A stretch of 64,000 bases of DNA from Alphaproteobacteria bacterium (GCA_965227515.1 CBDDFZ010000002.1:544001-608000); one strand, 5' to 3'. Counted from the first letter of the stretch, positions 16,960 through 29,851 are shown. Notes: generated by a model from the letters alone, not told the origin. Program-made: numbers and translations.

Positions 16960-17075
16960 GTCTGAAACGTTGCCTCCCCCTGCGCGCCGGTGTCGGCCGC
17001 ATTTCCGCCGCGATGGCGAGCATATACCAACGATCCCGGTTTGCCAGAGGCAGGGTGCCCCGGCGATGTTGCCCT

Positions 17076-17219
17076 GACGGCCAATTGCCCAGACGGCCAA
17101 TTGCCCAGACGGCCAATTGCCCAGACGGCCAATTGCCCAGACGGCCAATTGCCCAGACGGCCAATTGCCCAGACGGCCAATTGCCCAGACGGCCAATTGC
17201 CCAGACGGCCATTCGCCCG
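17076..17219. repeat. 16-bp tandem repeat GACGGCCAATTGCCCA, 8 perfect copies plus 1 degenerate copy
   Basis: Direct count: units start at 17076 and recur every 16 nt to 17203, then gacggccattcgcccg; intergenic between divergent operons. Confidence 0.97.
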
Positions 17220-17292
17220 GACAAGCTGTCCGATGGACAAACCTGCGGCCCGCGTACCAGGATGCGGCAATCGCAGGAATGGAGGTGTTGCC

Positions 17293-17712
17293 ATGATAAA
17301 CGTCGCGCGCCTGCTTGGCGCTTGCCTGGTTGGCCTTGTCGTATTGCCGGTGCTCGCTACGTTGCCGGCCCATGCGCAGAACGCGATCGACAAGCCGATT
17401 GCGAGCTACGTGGCGCTGCTCAGTTCGCGCGACCATTTCAACTCCAACGGTGTGCGCCTGACCGAGCCTTGGCAGATCATCCGCCAGGACCGGGCCAACT
17501 TCCACCGCTACGGCATACGCGACCCGCAGGACGAGTGGGACAGCTTCTTCGCGTCGATCGACAATCGCGCCGCGGCCGAACAGATGCTGATGAACGGCTA
17601 TATCGAGCCGAGCGCGCGCAATGCCATCGTCAATGGCGAGGTGCTGGTGCGGGTGTTCGTCATCACAGGGCCCGGCGATGTCGGCCTGGTCATTCGCGTC
17701 GAGGTATTGTGA
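17293..17712 (+). CDS. Exported hypothetical protein
   Basis: GGAGG RBS, signal peptide ending AHA, motif-like DHFNSNG..RQDRANFH. Confidence 0.8.
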   Translation: MINVARLLGACLVGLVVLPVLATLPAHAQNAIDKPIASYVALLSSRDHFNSNGVRLTEPWQIIRQDRANFHRYGIRDPQDEWDSFFASIDNRAAAEQMLMNGYIEPSARNAIVNGEVLVRVFVITGPGDVGLVIRVEVL

Positions 17713-18536
17713 GGCGCCTTCTGCCCGCGCTCGCGGTCCTCTTCCTTCCGCTCGCCGCTGCCGCCCAGGACTGCGCGCTGGTCGACTGGCTTGCGGTGCC
17801 ATTGGACGTGCGCAACGCCGACCCGATGGAGCTGGCGCTGGAGCAGGCCTATCCGGGGCTGGACCTGGACATGGCGGCCGGCATCGTGCGCATGCCCAAT
17901 GGCGGCGAGGTGCCGTTTGCGCCGGCCCAGGACGTGGCGCCGGCGGTGCGGCTGGAAACGGCCACGGTCGGCGACCAGTTTGTCTACGTCTACCCGCTGG
18001 CTTTCGACCTGGAACCGCGGCGCGCGCCCTATGTCGATCCGGGCCGGCCGCGCAACGATGCCTTCTTTCGGGCGCTGTGGTTCGCCGAGCAGGGCAGTGC
18101 CGCCGCGAGCCTGGTCGGCGTCAGCTTCAACGGGCAGACGCTCACCGCGCCCTTCCAGGCGACCCACAAGTTCTGCGTCGATGCGCAGCTCGATGCAGCG
18201 CTCGATGCCATCGCCCAGCTTGGGCCGGAGTTCGAGCGTTTCCTCGACAACTCCGGCGGCAGCTTCAACTGGCGGGTCATCGCCGGCACCCAGCGGCTGA
18301 GCGCCCACAGCTTCGGTATCGCCGTTGATTTCAACGCGCAGCTTGGCGGCTATTGGCGCTGGTCGGGGGCGGCGCCGGGCGAGGCAACCGAATTCAACAA
18401 CCAGTTCCCGCCTGAGATCGTGCAGGCGATGGAGCGCTACGGCTTCATCTGGGGCGGCAAGTGGCACCATTTCGACGGCATGCACTTCGAGTACCGGCCG
18501 GAGCTGATCCTCTACGCCCGGCTGGTCGGCGGGTGA
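17709..18536 (+). CDS. Exported M15-family (D-Ala-D-Ala carboxypeptidase/endolysin-like) Zn peptidase
   Basis: FNWRVIAGTQRLSAHSFGIAVD (SxHxxGxAxD), GFIWGGKW, FDGMHFEYRP; GTG overlaps the upstream stop. Confidence 0.88.
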   Translation: MRRLLPALAVLFLPLAAAAQDCALVDWLAVPLDVRNADPMELALEQAYPGLDLDMAAGIVRMPNGGEVPFAPAQDVAPAVRLETATVGDQFVYVYPLAFDLEPRRAPYVDPGRPRNDAFFRALWFAEQGSAAASLVGVSFNGQTLTAPFQATHKFCVDAQLDAALDAIAQLGPEFERFLDNSGGSFNWRVIAGTQRLSAHSFGIAVDFNAQLGGYWRWSGAAPGEATEFNNQFPPEIVQAMERYGFIWGGKWHHFDGMHFEYRPELILYARLVGG

Positions 18537-18550
18537 GGCGAGGGCGTTGC

Positions 18551-19867
18551 ATGATCGGCTCCCTGCGCGCCGGTCTCGCGATTGGCACCGTCTGCCTGGC
18601 GCTTGTCGCCGTTGCGCCTGACGCGCGGGCCCAGGATGCGGCGGCGTGCCATCAAGACCCGTCGCCCGCGTGTGCGGTGGAACTGGGGCGCGAGGCATTT
18701 GGCCGTGTCGCGTTCGACCCGGAGCATCCGCACGACTGGCTGCTGGCCGCCATCGACCTGGCAGGTGCCGAAGTCGCCATGGGCAACCGTGGCGACGCCT
18801 ATGCCACCCTCGGCGCGGCGACCAACAACATCTACGGGATCGAGGATGCGCCGGGCCGCGAAGGCGAGCTGATCTATTTGGCCGAGGGGCTGGCCGGGAT
18901 CGGCCTGTTCGAGGAAGCGGCCGACGTCGCCGCGTCCATCGGTGCCGACGGTTATCGCTATTCCGCCAAGGTCGGGATCGTGCGCGCCTATGCCGCCGCC
19001 GGCATGTATCGCGACGCCGCCATTTTCATCCGCACCATCCCCGACCCGCCCTCGCAGCGCGATGCCTGGCGCGCCATGGTGTTCGCCTTTGCCGAGGCCG
19101 GGCTGGACGATGAGGCGGTCACCGCCGCGATGCAGATCGACAACCCGTTCGCGCGCGTCGAGGCGCTGCGCGGGGCCGGCGTGGCGTTCGAAGGCACGGA
19201 GGTGGTGGACGATCCGCAGGCCATGATTGATGAAACACTGGCGGAGATCGGGGCCGGCGGCCCTGGCCCGTTTGCCGTCTACGACCTTGTCGACACGGCA
19301 CTGGTCATGGCCGCTCTTGGCATGACCGCGCAGGCCGACGAGGTGCTGGCCCATGCGGCGGAGCAGGCGGCCGGCGCCGACCACGCCACGGCCCATGCCA
19401 ATACCCACCTGCGCATCGCGCTCGCCCACGCCGCCTTGGGGCAAATGGACCGGGCCCAGGCGGTTGCCGACCTGATCCAGATCTCGAATTACCGGTCGGG
19501 CGCGTACCGCGACATTGCGCTCGCCTACGCCAACGCCGACATGGCGGCAGAGGCGGCCGCCGCGTTCGATGCGGCACTCGACGCCATCGGCCTGGAAGCC
19601 GAGCCGGTTCGCAGCGGCGGGCAGCTCTGGATCGTGCAGGCGATGGTCGCGGCCGGCGACCTCGACCGGGCGCGCGCGGTCGCCGAGGGTATCGAACGGC
19701 CCGAGGACCGCGCGTATGCGCAGCGCGATGTCGCCGAGGCATTGGCGGTGGATGGACGCTTCGCAGACGCGCTCGACATCGCTGCCGCGATCACGGACCC
19801 GCTCTTCGCCACGCGCGCCTACGCCGCCACCGCCCTCGCGATGACGGAGGCCGCCAACGGCGGCTGA
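18551..19867 (+). CDS. Exported alpha-helical repeat (TPR-like) protein
   Basis: Signal peptide, N-terminal C-x4-P-x2-type Cys pair (CHQDPSPAC), repeated 'A..AG..D.A...A..I..P..R' units. Confidence 0.75.
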   Translation: MIGSLRAGLAIGTVCLALVAVAPDARAQDAAACHQDPSPACAVELGREAFGRVAFDPEHPHDWLLAAIDLAGAEVAMGNRGDAYATLGAATNNIYGIEDAPGREGELIYLAEGLAGIGLFEEAADVAASIGADGYRYSAKVGIVRAYAAAGMYRDAAIFIRTIPDPPSQRDAWRAMVFAFAEAGLDDEAVTAAMQIDNPFARVEALRGAGVAFEGTEVVDDPQAMIDETLAEIGAGGPGPFAVYDLVDTALVMAALGMTAQADEVLAHAAEQAAGADHATAHANTHLRIALAHAALGQMDRAQAVADLIQISNYRSGAYRDIALAYANADMAAEAAAAFDAALDAIGLEAEPVRSGGQLWIVQAMVAAGDLDRARAVAEGIERPEDRAYAQRDVAEALAVDGRFADALDIAAAITDPLFATRAYAATALAMTEAANGG

Positions 19868-19902
19868 CCGGCCACGATCCTGCGCCGGGTGCAGGCTGCA
19901 GA

Positions 19903-20310
19903 TCAGTAGACGTTGATGATGATGCCGCGGCTCTTCAGGAAAGCCACCAATTGCGCGCGACCGGCCTCGGTCGTCACTTCCTCGGAATCGTTCTCCGCGG
20001 CGGCATTCTTCAGCGCTTCTATGCATTCCTGCGGCTGCTCGCTGCAATCGTAAATATTACCGCTGTCGATCACGTAGCTGCCATTCCCGAGTATTACATA
20101 TGAACCTTTGTCGATGACGCCTTCGTCTGCTTCGCCATTCACGGCGACATAGGCCGTCGTCTCACCGACGCGAATCCATGTCTCTTCGCCGGAAAGGATG
20201 GAGGCGTTCAACATCTCCTGGTACCAGTCGACGGCAAACACTGGCGTGGCGGCGGCAAAGGTCGAAATGCAGGCAGCCGCAAGCGCGGCCGGGATCAAAG
20301 CGGTCTTCAT
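19903..20310 (-). CDS. Exported hypothetical protein
   Basis: GGGAG RBS, signal peptide MKTALIPAALAAAC..VFA, acidic mature region with a Cys pair. Confidence 0.7.
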   Translation of the reverse strand: MKTALIPAALAAACISTFAAATPVFAVDWYQEMLNASILSGEETWIRVGETTAYVAVNGEADEGVIDKGSYVILGNGSYVIDSGNIYDCSEQPQECIEALKNAAAENDSEEVTTEAGRAQLVAFLKSRGIIINVY

Positions 20311-20707
20311 TGTTTCAAGCTCCCGTGGATTGTCATTCGGCGACCGGGGGCGCGCGCTGTGGTTGCCTTGGTGCCAAGGCGCGTGCAACCCGTAAGCCGG
20401 CAACAACACAATTGGGTTGCGAATTTGGCGAAATCCGGCCGGCTCGATGAAATATTGTGAATTCGCGCATACATCTTTGCCCGTTTTTCGCGCTGCTTTT
20501 TTTGCGGCCGGATTGCAAGGCAACGCAATCGGAACGCAGGCGTGCTGACAATACAAAGAGGAAATTGAGAAGTCAAAAGGCCAGGTTTCACCTTTTTGGC
20601 GTAGATTCAACCCGCTCAAAGTTGCGTAACAATGTTTGGGTCTTGCGGTCTGGAAGGCCCAGCGCTAAGAACTTGATTGAGCAGATCATTGAAGAAGGGG
20701 TTGGCAA

Positions 20708-22051
20708 ATGGCATTCACGGTTCATCGCTCGCGCTCAATGCTTTCGCCCTCAATGCCATTTTGGCACGCTATTGCCGTGTCGCTCTTGTTCTTCGGCCTC
20801 AGTTCGTCGCCGGCTCAATCTTCCGAAGACTGCTTTGCGGTGCCAACCGCTAGTTGTTTGGCAGCTTCGGCATTCGATCTGTCCCAGCAAGCCGACTTCG
20901 ACGGCGCTGCGACGGAAACGGTCGAGGCCTGGTCATGGGCCGTCGCTGAGATAGCCGTGGCGCTCGATGCCGTGGGACGGACCGAAGATGGGGCTGCGGT
21001 TCTCCAACGGCTGATCGAACCGGCCAATGAGATATCGAACTTTGGTACCCGCAGCAATGCCATCAGCCGGATCGCCCAAGCTTACGCGAGAATGGGGCTG
21101 GTGGATGAGGCGATGGCGGTGACCGATACACTGGACGGCACGGATTCCGTGCACGGAATCCGCATGGAGATCGTCAGCCACCTTGCCATTGCCGACGAGA
21201 TCGCGCAGGCAACCGAGATTGCCGAACTGATAGAAGGCGGACTCCAGCGCGATTGGGCAATGTCGTTCTTGGCCGTTGCCTACGGTCGTGCCGGCCAAGT
21301 CGACCCGGCAATGGATGCTGTGGCCGCCATCCAAATGCCAGAGGTTCGTGCAACTGGCCTGCGGCAAGTTGCTTTGGCGTTGTGTGCCAATGGATTTCAT
21401 GACCTGGCCCCGGGGTTCCTGGAACGTGCTATCGCAACATGGGACGAGGCATCGCCTAGTGGCTCGCAACGCCTGACGGGCGATTTCTGGATCACCTTTG
21501 CATTCGCCGAGTGCGGCTTGACGGAGCAAGCGCTCGAGCGCCTCGCCCGCGCTGCGGACGAGATAGCGGCTCTCGGCCCAGGGTCGCAGCAAGAACAATT
21601 CCTGTCGTCCCTGGCGGATGGATACGCGCGGGCGGGAATGTTCGAAGCTGCCGAGGAAGCCGTTCTTCAGATCCCAGCGGGCTTTAGACGCGAGAGTGCG
21701 TATCAGAGGGTCGCAAATGCATGCCTTGCATCGGGTCAGACGGACCGCGCGATCGAGAACATGCAGCGGGCCCTGGATGTTTTTGCCGAGCGGACCTCGG
21801 TCTCCGATTGGGCGATCGGCTGGATAGTGGGCGATCTCGCAGCCGTGGGCATGTTCGAGAGTGCCGATGATCTTGTGCGAGGAATCGAAGACCCGCAAAC
21901 GCTGATGGCCGCCAGTCGAGATATTGCATTGTCATACGTGCGGGAGGGCATGCTGGGCGACGCTGTCGCTACGGCGATACTGAACGAGGAACCGCACTGG
22001 CGCGCGATGGTTCTTGCGAGCATTGTCGCTGAAGTCGTGGTGCTCGAATAG
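20708..22051 (+). CDS. Exported alpha-helical repeat (TPR-like) protein, likely paralog of 18551-19867
   Basis: Signal peptide, CFAVPTASC Cys pair, same helical repeat pattern; visibly more A/T-ending codons; start may be 20738 or 20753. Confidence 0.75.
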   Translation: MAFTVHRSRSMLSPSMPFWHAIAVSLLFFGLSSSPAQSSEDCFAVPTASCLAASAFDLSQQADFDGAATETVEAWSWAVAEIAVALDAVGRTEDGAAVLQRLIEPANEISNFGTRSNAISRIAQAYARMGLVDEAMAVTDTLDGTDSVHGIRMEIVSHLAIADEIAQATEIAELIEGGLQRDWAMSFLAVAYGRAGQVDPAMDAVAAIQMPEVRATGLRQVALALCANGFHDLAPGFLERAIATWDEASPSGSQRLTGDFWITFAFAECGLTEQALERLARAADEIAALGPGSQQEQFLSSLADGYARAGMFEAAEEAVLQIPAGFRRESAYQRVANACLASGQTDRAIENMQRALDVFAERTSVSDWAIGWIVGDLAAVGMFESADDLVRGIEDPQTLMAASRDIALSYVREGMLGDAVATAILNEEPHWRAMVLASIVAEVVVLE

Positions 22052-22162
22052 GCGCGGTCTCGGCGGCAGTTGACAGCAGCCGCGAACGGCAATTGATCCG
22101 GAGCTGAAATTCCCCTCTCCCGTCGTGGGCCACCAGATTCACGCATCTCGCCGGTACCAAAT

Positions 22163-22340
22163 TGTCATCCTCGCCCTTGTGGCGAGGATCCATTTATGTC
22201 CGAAATATCAATAGTTTACAGGATATTCGCCCGCCTGGGGGCGGCTAACTCGCGCTGAGCCCGCGCAGGCTTCGAGCACACCAAGCTCCTCTTCAGGCCT
22301 TGCACGTCGATGGGTCCTCGGCACAAGGCCGAGGACGACA
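22163..22340. repeat. REP-like palindromic element (GTCATCCTCG...CGAGGACGAC type)
   Basis: cctcgcccttgtggcgagg and cctcggcacaaggccgagg hairpins in inverted orientation. Confidence 0.8.
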
Positions 22341-22442
22341 AATTCTCTTGTGGTTGGGATCGAGCAACCCAGGCGCGAGATGTGTGAATGTCGTAGGCAC
22401 AGCCGGACGGGAGGGTGAAAGGGGAAGCCTCTTTGGCGCCAC

Positions 22443-24869
22443 CTACTCCGGCAGCAGGATCTCGCGCTTGCCGACGTGGTTGGCGGCCGAGACCAGGCCC
22501 TCGCGCTCCATCCGCTCGATGATGCGGGCGGCGCGGTTGTAGCCGATCTGCAGATGGCGCTGGACGAAGCTGGTCGAGGCCTTGCGCTCGGCCTGGATCA
22601 GCTCCACCGCCTGGCGGTAGAGGTCGTCGCCATCGTCCCCGTCGCCGCCATCGGTCGCTGCGCCGAAGCCCGGAATGCCGGCGGCGACGTCCTCGTCCTC
22701 GGTGACTGAGCGCTCGTAGAGCGGGTCGCCCTGCGCCTTCAGGAACGCACACACGCGCTCCACCTCGTCGTCGCTGACGAACGGGCCGTGGACACGGGTC
22801 ACCCGCCCGCCGGCCGCCATGTAGAGCATGTCGCCCTGGCCCAGAAGCTGCTCGGCGCCCTGTTCGCCCAGGATGGTGCGGCTGTCGATCTTCGACGTGA
22901 CCTGGAAGCTGATGCGGGTCGGCAAGTTGGCCTTGATGGTGCCGGTGATGACGTCGACCGAGGGCCGTTGCGTCGCCAGGATCAGGTGGATGCCAGCGGC
23001 GCGCGCCATCTGCGCCAGGCGCTGGATCGCGGCCTCGATGTCCTTGCCGGCGACCAGCATCAGGTCGGCGATCTCGTCGGCCACCACCACGATGAAGGGC
23101 AGTGGCGCCAGGTCCAGCTCCTGCTCCTCGAACACCGGCGCGCCGGTGTCGTCGTCGAAGCCGGTCTGCACGGTGCGCATCAGGGGCTTGCCCTTGGACC
23201 GCGCCTCGGCGAGCTGGGCGTTGTAGCTGCCGATATTGCGCACGCCCAGTTTCGACATGGCGCGGTAGCGGTCCTCCATCTCGCGCACCACCCACTTCAG
23301 CGCCACCACCGCCTTGCGCGGGTCGGTGACGACGGGGGAGAGCAGGTGCGGGATGCCGTCGTAGACCGACAGCTCCAGCATCTTCGGGTCGATCATGATG
23401 AAGCGCACGTCGCGCGGGGTCAGCCGGTACAGCAGCGACAGGATCATCGCGTTGATCGCCACCGACTTGCCGGAGCCAGTGGTGCCGGCGACCAGCAGGT
23501 GGGGCATCTTGGCCAGGTCGGCGATCACGGCTGAGCCGCCGATATCCTTGCCCAGCACCAGCGGCAGCTTGGTCGCCGCCTTCTCGTAGGCGCGGCTGGC
23601 CAACAGGTCGCGCAGCAGCACCATCTCGCGCTCGCGGTTCGGCAGCTCGATGCCGATGGTCGACTGCCCCGGCACCACCGCCACGCGCACGGATACCGCG
23701 CTCATCGACCGGGCGAGGTCGTCGGCGAGCCCGATGACCCGCGAGGTCTTGGTGCCCGGCGCCGGCTCCAGCTCATAGAGCGTCACCACCGGGCCGGGGC
23801 GCACCTTCACGATCTCGCCGTTGACACCGAAATCCTTCAGCACGGACTCTAGCAGGTGGGCGTTGTTCTTCAGCCCGGCCTCGTCGATCTTGCGGCCGGT
23901 GTTGACCTGCACCTCGTCCAGCAGGTTCACGTCCGGAATGTCGAAGGCGAAGGTCTCGTCCAGCGCCAGCGACTTCTGCGCCGCGTTGCGGGTGCCGCGC
24001 GCCGGCCTGGGGGCGGCCGGGGTCTCCACCAGGTCCTCGCTGACAGCGGCGGGTTCCACCCGCGGCCCGGGCGTCGCCGGGGCTTCCGCCGGTGTGTCCT
24101 GCAGATGCGGCTCCACCCGCACCAGCGGCGCCACCGTCTCCTCGGCTGCCGATTGGGGTGCCGCTCCGCGCGCCGGGCGGCGTAGGCGCGCCCGGCCGGC
24201 GCCCGCCAGTGCGCCAACGCCGCGCACCGCCCACCAGATGCCGCGACCGAGCGCGCGCCAGTCGCCACGACCGAGCGCCACCGCCGGCACGAAGGTAATC
24301 AGCGCCAATGCGCCCGCCGCCCAGGCGACCATGCCCGGGCCGACCGAAGGCGCCAGGCTCTGCACGCCCACGGTCACGTCGCGCAGCAGAACGGTGCCCA
24401 GCGTGCCGCCCAGCCCGGCGCGCAGCGACCACGCCTCGCCGGGGGCGAGCCCGGCCAGCGCCATCGCCGCTGCGATCACGCAAATCGGCAGCATGGTCAG
24501 CCGTACCCAAACCGGGCTGATGCCGCGATAGCCGATCAGGCGCCAGCCCCAGGCGGCGAAAATCACCACCAACAGGACGGCGGCGACGCCCAACGGCTGC
24601 AACAGCGCATCGGCGGCATAGGCGCCGGGGCTGCCCAGCCAGTTCGAGGTGCCGCTATCGGCGGTCGCGGTGTTCCACGACGGGTCGCTCGGCGAATAGC
24701 TCAGCAGGGCCACGGCCAACGCGACCGCCAGCACGACGAGCCCCAGGCCGGCCAGCTCGGACAGCCTTCGGTGCAGAAACCACACCGCGGTCTGCGGCAG
24801 GAACGGCGCCCGCCCCTGGCTGGAAGATTTCGCGCGGCCGCGGCGGCCCTCGCTTGCCGTTACCGTCAT
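22443..24869 (-). CDS. ftsK: DNA translocase FtsK
   Basis: N-terminal TMs, [36 protein letters not shown], gamma domain [11 protein letters not shown]. Confidence 0.97.
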   Translation of the reverse strand: MTVTASEGRRGRAKSSSQGRAPFLPQTAVWFLHRRLSELAGLGLVVLAVALAVALLSYSPSDPSWNTATADSGTSNWLGSPGAYAADALLQPLGVAAVLLVVIFAAWGWRLIGYRGISPVWVRLTMLPICVIAAAMALAGLAPGEAWSLRAGLGGTLGTVLLRDVTVGVQSLAPSVGPGMVAWAAGALALITFVPAVALGRGDWRALGRGIWWAVRGVGALAGAGRARLRRPARGAAPQSAAEETVAPLVRVEPHLQDTPAEAPATPGPRVEPAAVSEDLVETPAAPRPARGTRNAAQKSLALDETFAFDIPDVNLLDEVQVNTGRKIDEAGLKNNAHLLESVLKDFGVNGEIVKVRPGPVVTLYELEPAPGTKTSRVIGLADDLARSMSAVSVRVAVVPGQSTIGIELPNREREMVLLRDLLASRAYEKAATKLPLVLGKDIGGSAVIADLAKMPHLLVAGTTGSGKSVAINAMILSLLYRLTPRDVRFIMIDPKMLELSVYDGIPHLLSPVVTDPRKAVVALKWVVREMEDRYRAMSKLGVRNIGSYNAQLAEARSKGKPLMRTVQTGFDDDTGAPVFEEQELDLAPLPFIVVVADEIADLMLVAGKDIEAAIQRLAQMARAAGIHLILATQRPSVDVITGTIKANLPTRISFQVTSKIDSRTILGEQGAEQLLGQGDMLYMAAGGRVTRVHGPFVSDDEVERVCAFLKAQGDPLYERSVTEDEDVAAGIPGFGAATDGGDGDDGDDLYRQAVELIQAERKASTSFVQRHLQIGYNRAARIIERMEREGLVSAANHVGKREILLPE

Positions 24870-26131
24870 GTCGCGGGTTCCTCGATCTCGGCAGAAACAG
24901 TGGTTGCGGCCTGCACGAGCGGTGCAAGCCGGTTGAATGCGGGCTCCAGCACGCTGGGCGGGTCGACCAGCGCGATGCGGACGAACCGTCCGCCGACGGT
25001 GCCGCCCGGGTCCTGGCCATAGGTCATGTAGCCGCCCGGCATCAGTTTCACCGCCGCCTCGCGCCAGGCGCGCGCGGCGAACGCCTCGCCATCGCCGACG
25101 TCCAGCCACAGGAAGAAGCCGCCATCGGGCTGCGTCGGTACTGCCGCGGCACCCAGCGTCTGGCGGGCGAGTTCGAAATTGGCGGCATAGAACGCGCGGT
25201 TGTCGGCCACATGCGCCTCGTCGCGCCACAGGGCGGCGGCGGCATCCTGCAACGGCCCCGGCGTCGGGCTGCCGGCAAAGCCGCGCAGCAGTTGCATCAG
25301 CCCGACCAGGTCGGCGTCGCCGGCGATGAAGCCGGAGCGCAGGCCGGCGGCATTCGACCGCTTGGACAGCGACTGGAACATCAGCACGTTGCGCATGTCC
25401 GGGTTGGTGGCGGCGCAGACCTCGGCGAGCCCGATGGGCGGCGGACGGTCGGGTGGGTAGAGTTCGGAGTAGACCTCGTCGGCGACCAGCACGAAATTGT
25501 GCTGCAGCGCCAGGTGCACCGCGCGCTCCAGGGCGGCGAACGAGCCCACCGCGCCCTGGGGGTTGGCGGGCGAGCACAGATAGGCGGCGCAGGCGCGGGC
25601 CAGCGTTTCTTCCGGCAGGCGCCCGAAATCGGGGATGAAGCCGGTGTCGGGGCCGGCCGGCACGAACACCGGCTCCGCGCCCGCCATCAGGGCGGCGGCG
25701 CGGTAGACGTGATAGGCGGGGTCGGGCATCAGCACGACCGGGCGGCCGCCGTCGACGAAGTCCTTCTCCACCGCCATCTGCGCGATCAGGAACAGCGGCT
25801 CGCGGGTGCCGGAGACCGGCAGCACGTGGGCGTCCGGGTCGATCATGCCGGCTGGCAGCCCGAACCGCCGGCTCAGCCAGTCGGCGCAGGCGAGCCTGAG
25901 ATCGCGCTTGCCGCCGATCAACGGGTAGCGGCCCCATTCGTCGAACGCGGCCTCGATCGCGTCGGCGATCAGGCGCGGCGGCGGCCGGCGCGGCTCGCCG
26001 ATGGACAGGATCGCGGGCTCGGCGCCGGGCAGCGGCGGCACGTCGGCCAACAGCGCGTTCAGGCGCGAGAACGGGTAGTCGCGCAGTGCTGCGACCACCG
26101 GGCGGTCGACAAGGCGTCGGCCCTTGATCAC
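24866..26131 (-). CDS. Class I/II PLP aminotransferase (succinyldiaminopimelate transaminase-like)
   Basis: [34 protein letters not shown]. Confidence 0.88.
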   Translation of the reverse strand: MIKGRRLVDRPVVAALRDYPFSRLNALLADVPPLPGAEPAILSIGEPRRPPPRLIADAIEAAFDEWGRYPLIGGKRDLRLACADWLSRRFGLPAGMIDPDAHVLPVSGTREPLFLIAQMAVEKDFVDGGRPVVLMPDPAYHVYRAAALMAGAEPVFVPAGPDTGFIPDFGRLPEETLARACAAYLCSPANPQGAVGSFAALERAVHLALQHNFVLVADEVYSELYPPDRPPPIGLAEVCAATNPDMRNVLMFQSLSKRSNAAGLRSGFIAGDADLVGLMQLLRGFAGSPTPGPLQDAAAALWRDEAHVADNRAFYAANFELARQTLGAAAVPTQPDGGFFLWLDVGDGEAFAARAWREAAVKLMPGGYMTYGQDPGGTVGGRFVRIALVDPPSVLEPAFNRLAPLVQAATTVSAEIEEPAT

Positions 26132-26305
26132 CGGGCGATCCGCCCCTGCGGTGTGTTGGTGGCGTTGTGAGGGGGCACTGTGCAGGTCCCAGGCTGCGGC
26201 AACGACTCAATAAACCAGCCTACAGCATTGTCATAATGGGCAAACTAATCAACGCAGAGTTGGGTTGTGTTGGTTTTCGCCGGCTCCACGTGAGCTACCG
26301 CGAAC

Positions 26306-26341
26306 AAAAAAGTGGCCCGGAGGGGCGATCCCCGCCGGGCC
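26306..26341 (-). terminator. Intrinsic terminator downstream of amtB
   Basis: Minus strand GGCCCGGCGGGG-ATCG-CCCCTCCGGGCC followed by ACTTTTTT. Confidence 0.8.
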
Positions 26342-26406
26342 TGTAGTTGCCGGATGCAGTGAACAAGCTGGATGGCCGCCTACGTGGCGGCCATCCGTAA
26401 GCCCCG

Positions 26407-27873
<1,467 letters not shown>

Positions 27874-27919
27874 CTTTCAGATCCCGTGCATGTCTTGAAT
27901 GCGCAAACGCGCGCGTTTC

Positions 27920-28381
<462 letters not shown>

Positions 28382-28468
28382 CTAGGCGCTGCGCCAATGC
28401 GCGCGTTGCAGGTTGGCGGCTTTCGCGGGACGCTGCGGGTGCGGAACGGCCTCACAGGGCCGTGAAGA

Positions 28469-28509
28469 TGCCTAATTGTTAGGCAGAAAAATTGCACAAT
28501 AATTGTGCA
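28469..28509. promoter_or_regulatory. Tandem NtrC-type binding sites
   Basis: TGCCT-N7-AGGCA (28469-28485) and TGCAC-N7-GTGCA (28493-28509), about 110-150 bp upstream of the sigma54 site. Confidence 0.8.
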
Positions 28510-28591
28510 TGATTGCGAATTGGGCACTGGTAGCGACGATGCGCGACGCCAACGCCAGGATGCCAAGTAGGACGCCAAGTAGGATGACGTG

Positions 28592-29851
28592 ATGGAGCAG
28601 CGCTACGATGTCGCCGTGGTCGGCGGCGGTCTGGTCGGGCTGACGCTGGCGGCGGCGCTGGGCCGCGTCGGCGTGCGGGTGGCGCTGATCGAGCAGCGGC
28701 CGCTGGAGGCGATGGTCGACCTGTCCTATGACGGCCGGACCACGGCGGTCGCCCATGGCGCGCAGTGTGCGCTGGCCGGCATCGGGGCGTGGCCGCGGAT
28801 CGCCGACCATGCCTGCCCCATCCTGGATATCCGGGTGTCGGACGGCCGCATGGACGGCACCACCTCCCCCTTGTTCCTGCACTACGACCACACGGCGGTC
28901 GGCGACCAGCCGATGGGCCATATCGTCGAAAACCGCTGGCTGCGGCGCGGCTTGATGGACCATCTGGCCGAGATCGAGGCGGTGACCATCCTGTCGCCGC
29001 GTCAGGTGGCGGACGTGAGCGAGGATGCAGGCGGCGCGGCGGTGAGCCTGGACGACGGCAGCACCGTGCGCGCCAGTGTCGTCGCGGCGGCCGACGGCCG
29101 GCAGTCGCCGATCCGCCACGCGCGCGGCGTCGCCACCTGGCACCACGCCTATCGCCAGACCGCATTGATCGCCGTCATCGGCCATGCCCGCCCGCACGGC
29201 AATGTGGCGCACGAACGCTTCCTGCCGGCCGGGCCGTTCGCGATCCTACCGATGGTCGATGACCCGACCGACGAAGAGGGGGCCGGCACGCCGCATCGCT
29301 CCTCTATCGTCTGGACCGAGTGCGCGGACCTGGCGGCACAACTGGTCGACGCCGACGACGCCGCGTTCCTGAGCGAGCTGCAGCGCCGCGTTGGCGATTT
29401 CCTGGGCGAGGTGTCGCTTGCCGGGCCGCGCCATGCCTATCCGCTCAGCCTGCATCTGGCAGGACGCTATGTCGACGGCCGGGTCGCCCTGGTCGGCGAG
29501 GCCGCGCACGGCATCCACCCGATCGCCGGCCAGGGCCTCAACATGGGCTGGCGCGACGCGGCGGCGCTGGCCGAGGCGGTGGTGGACGCACTGCGCCTGG
29601 GCCTCGACCCGGGGTCGCCGCACGCCCTCGCCGCTTATCAGGCGCGCCGGCGGTTCGATAACATGAGCCTGGCGACCGTGACCGACGTCCTCAACCGCCT
29701 GTTCTCCAACGATCTGACATCCGTGCGCCGGGTCCGCGACGTCGGCTTGGCGGTGGTCGACCGGCTGCCGGCGGTGAAACGCACCCTGATGCGCCACGCC
29801 ATGGGCGTGCTCGGCGACGTGCCGCGCCTGTTCCGTGGTGAAGCGCTGTAG
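28592..29851 (+). CDS. UbiH/UbiL-family FAD-dependent ubiquinone biosynthesis hydroxylase
   Basis: VVGGGLVG, ADGRQS, AHERFLPAGPFAILP, GEAAHGIHPIAGQGLNMG. Confidence 0.92.
   Translation: MEQRYDVAVVGGGLVGLTLAAALGRVGVRVALIEQRPLEAMVDLSYDGRTTAVAHGAQCALAGIGAWPRIADHACPILDIRVSDGRMDGTTSPLFLHYDHTAVGDQPMGHIVENRWLRRGLMDHLAEIEAVTILSPRQVADVSEDAGGAAVSLDDGSTVRASVVAAADGRQSPIRHARGVATWHHAYRQTALIAVIGHARPHGNVAHERFLPAGPFAILPMVDDPTDEEGAGTPHRSSIVWTECADLAAQLVDADDAAFLSELQRRVGDFLGEVSLAGPRHAYPLSLHLAGRYVDGRVALVGEAAHGIHPIAGQGLNMGWRDAAALAEAVVDALRLGLDPGSPHALAAYQARRRFDNMSLATVTDVLNRLFSNDLTSVRRVRDVGLAVVDRLPAVKRTLMRHAMGVLGDVPRLFRGEAL

Noticed and set aside
17076-17219. CRISPR array, or a repeat-protein ORF (GNWPSGQLAVWAIGRL translations)
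   Set aside because: Units are contiguous with no spacers and no cas genes. The peptide repeats appear in several frames simply because the 16-mer has no stop codon, and the real genes start outside the array.
22443-26210. 1255-aa giant FtsK
   Set aside because: The upstream 447 codons are an off-frame overlap with the aminotransferase; the real start is ATG 24869, coupled to its stop.
28561-28584. 12-bp direct repeat (t/c)gccaagtagga x2 before the ubiH/L gene
   Set aside because: Only two copies, covering the RBS region; probably a small local duplication with no evidence of function.
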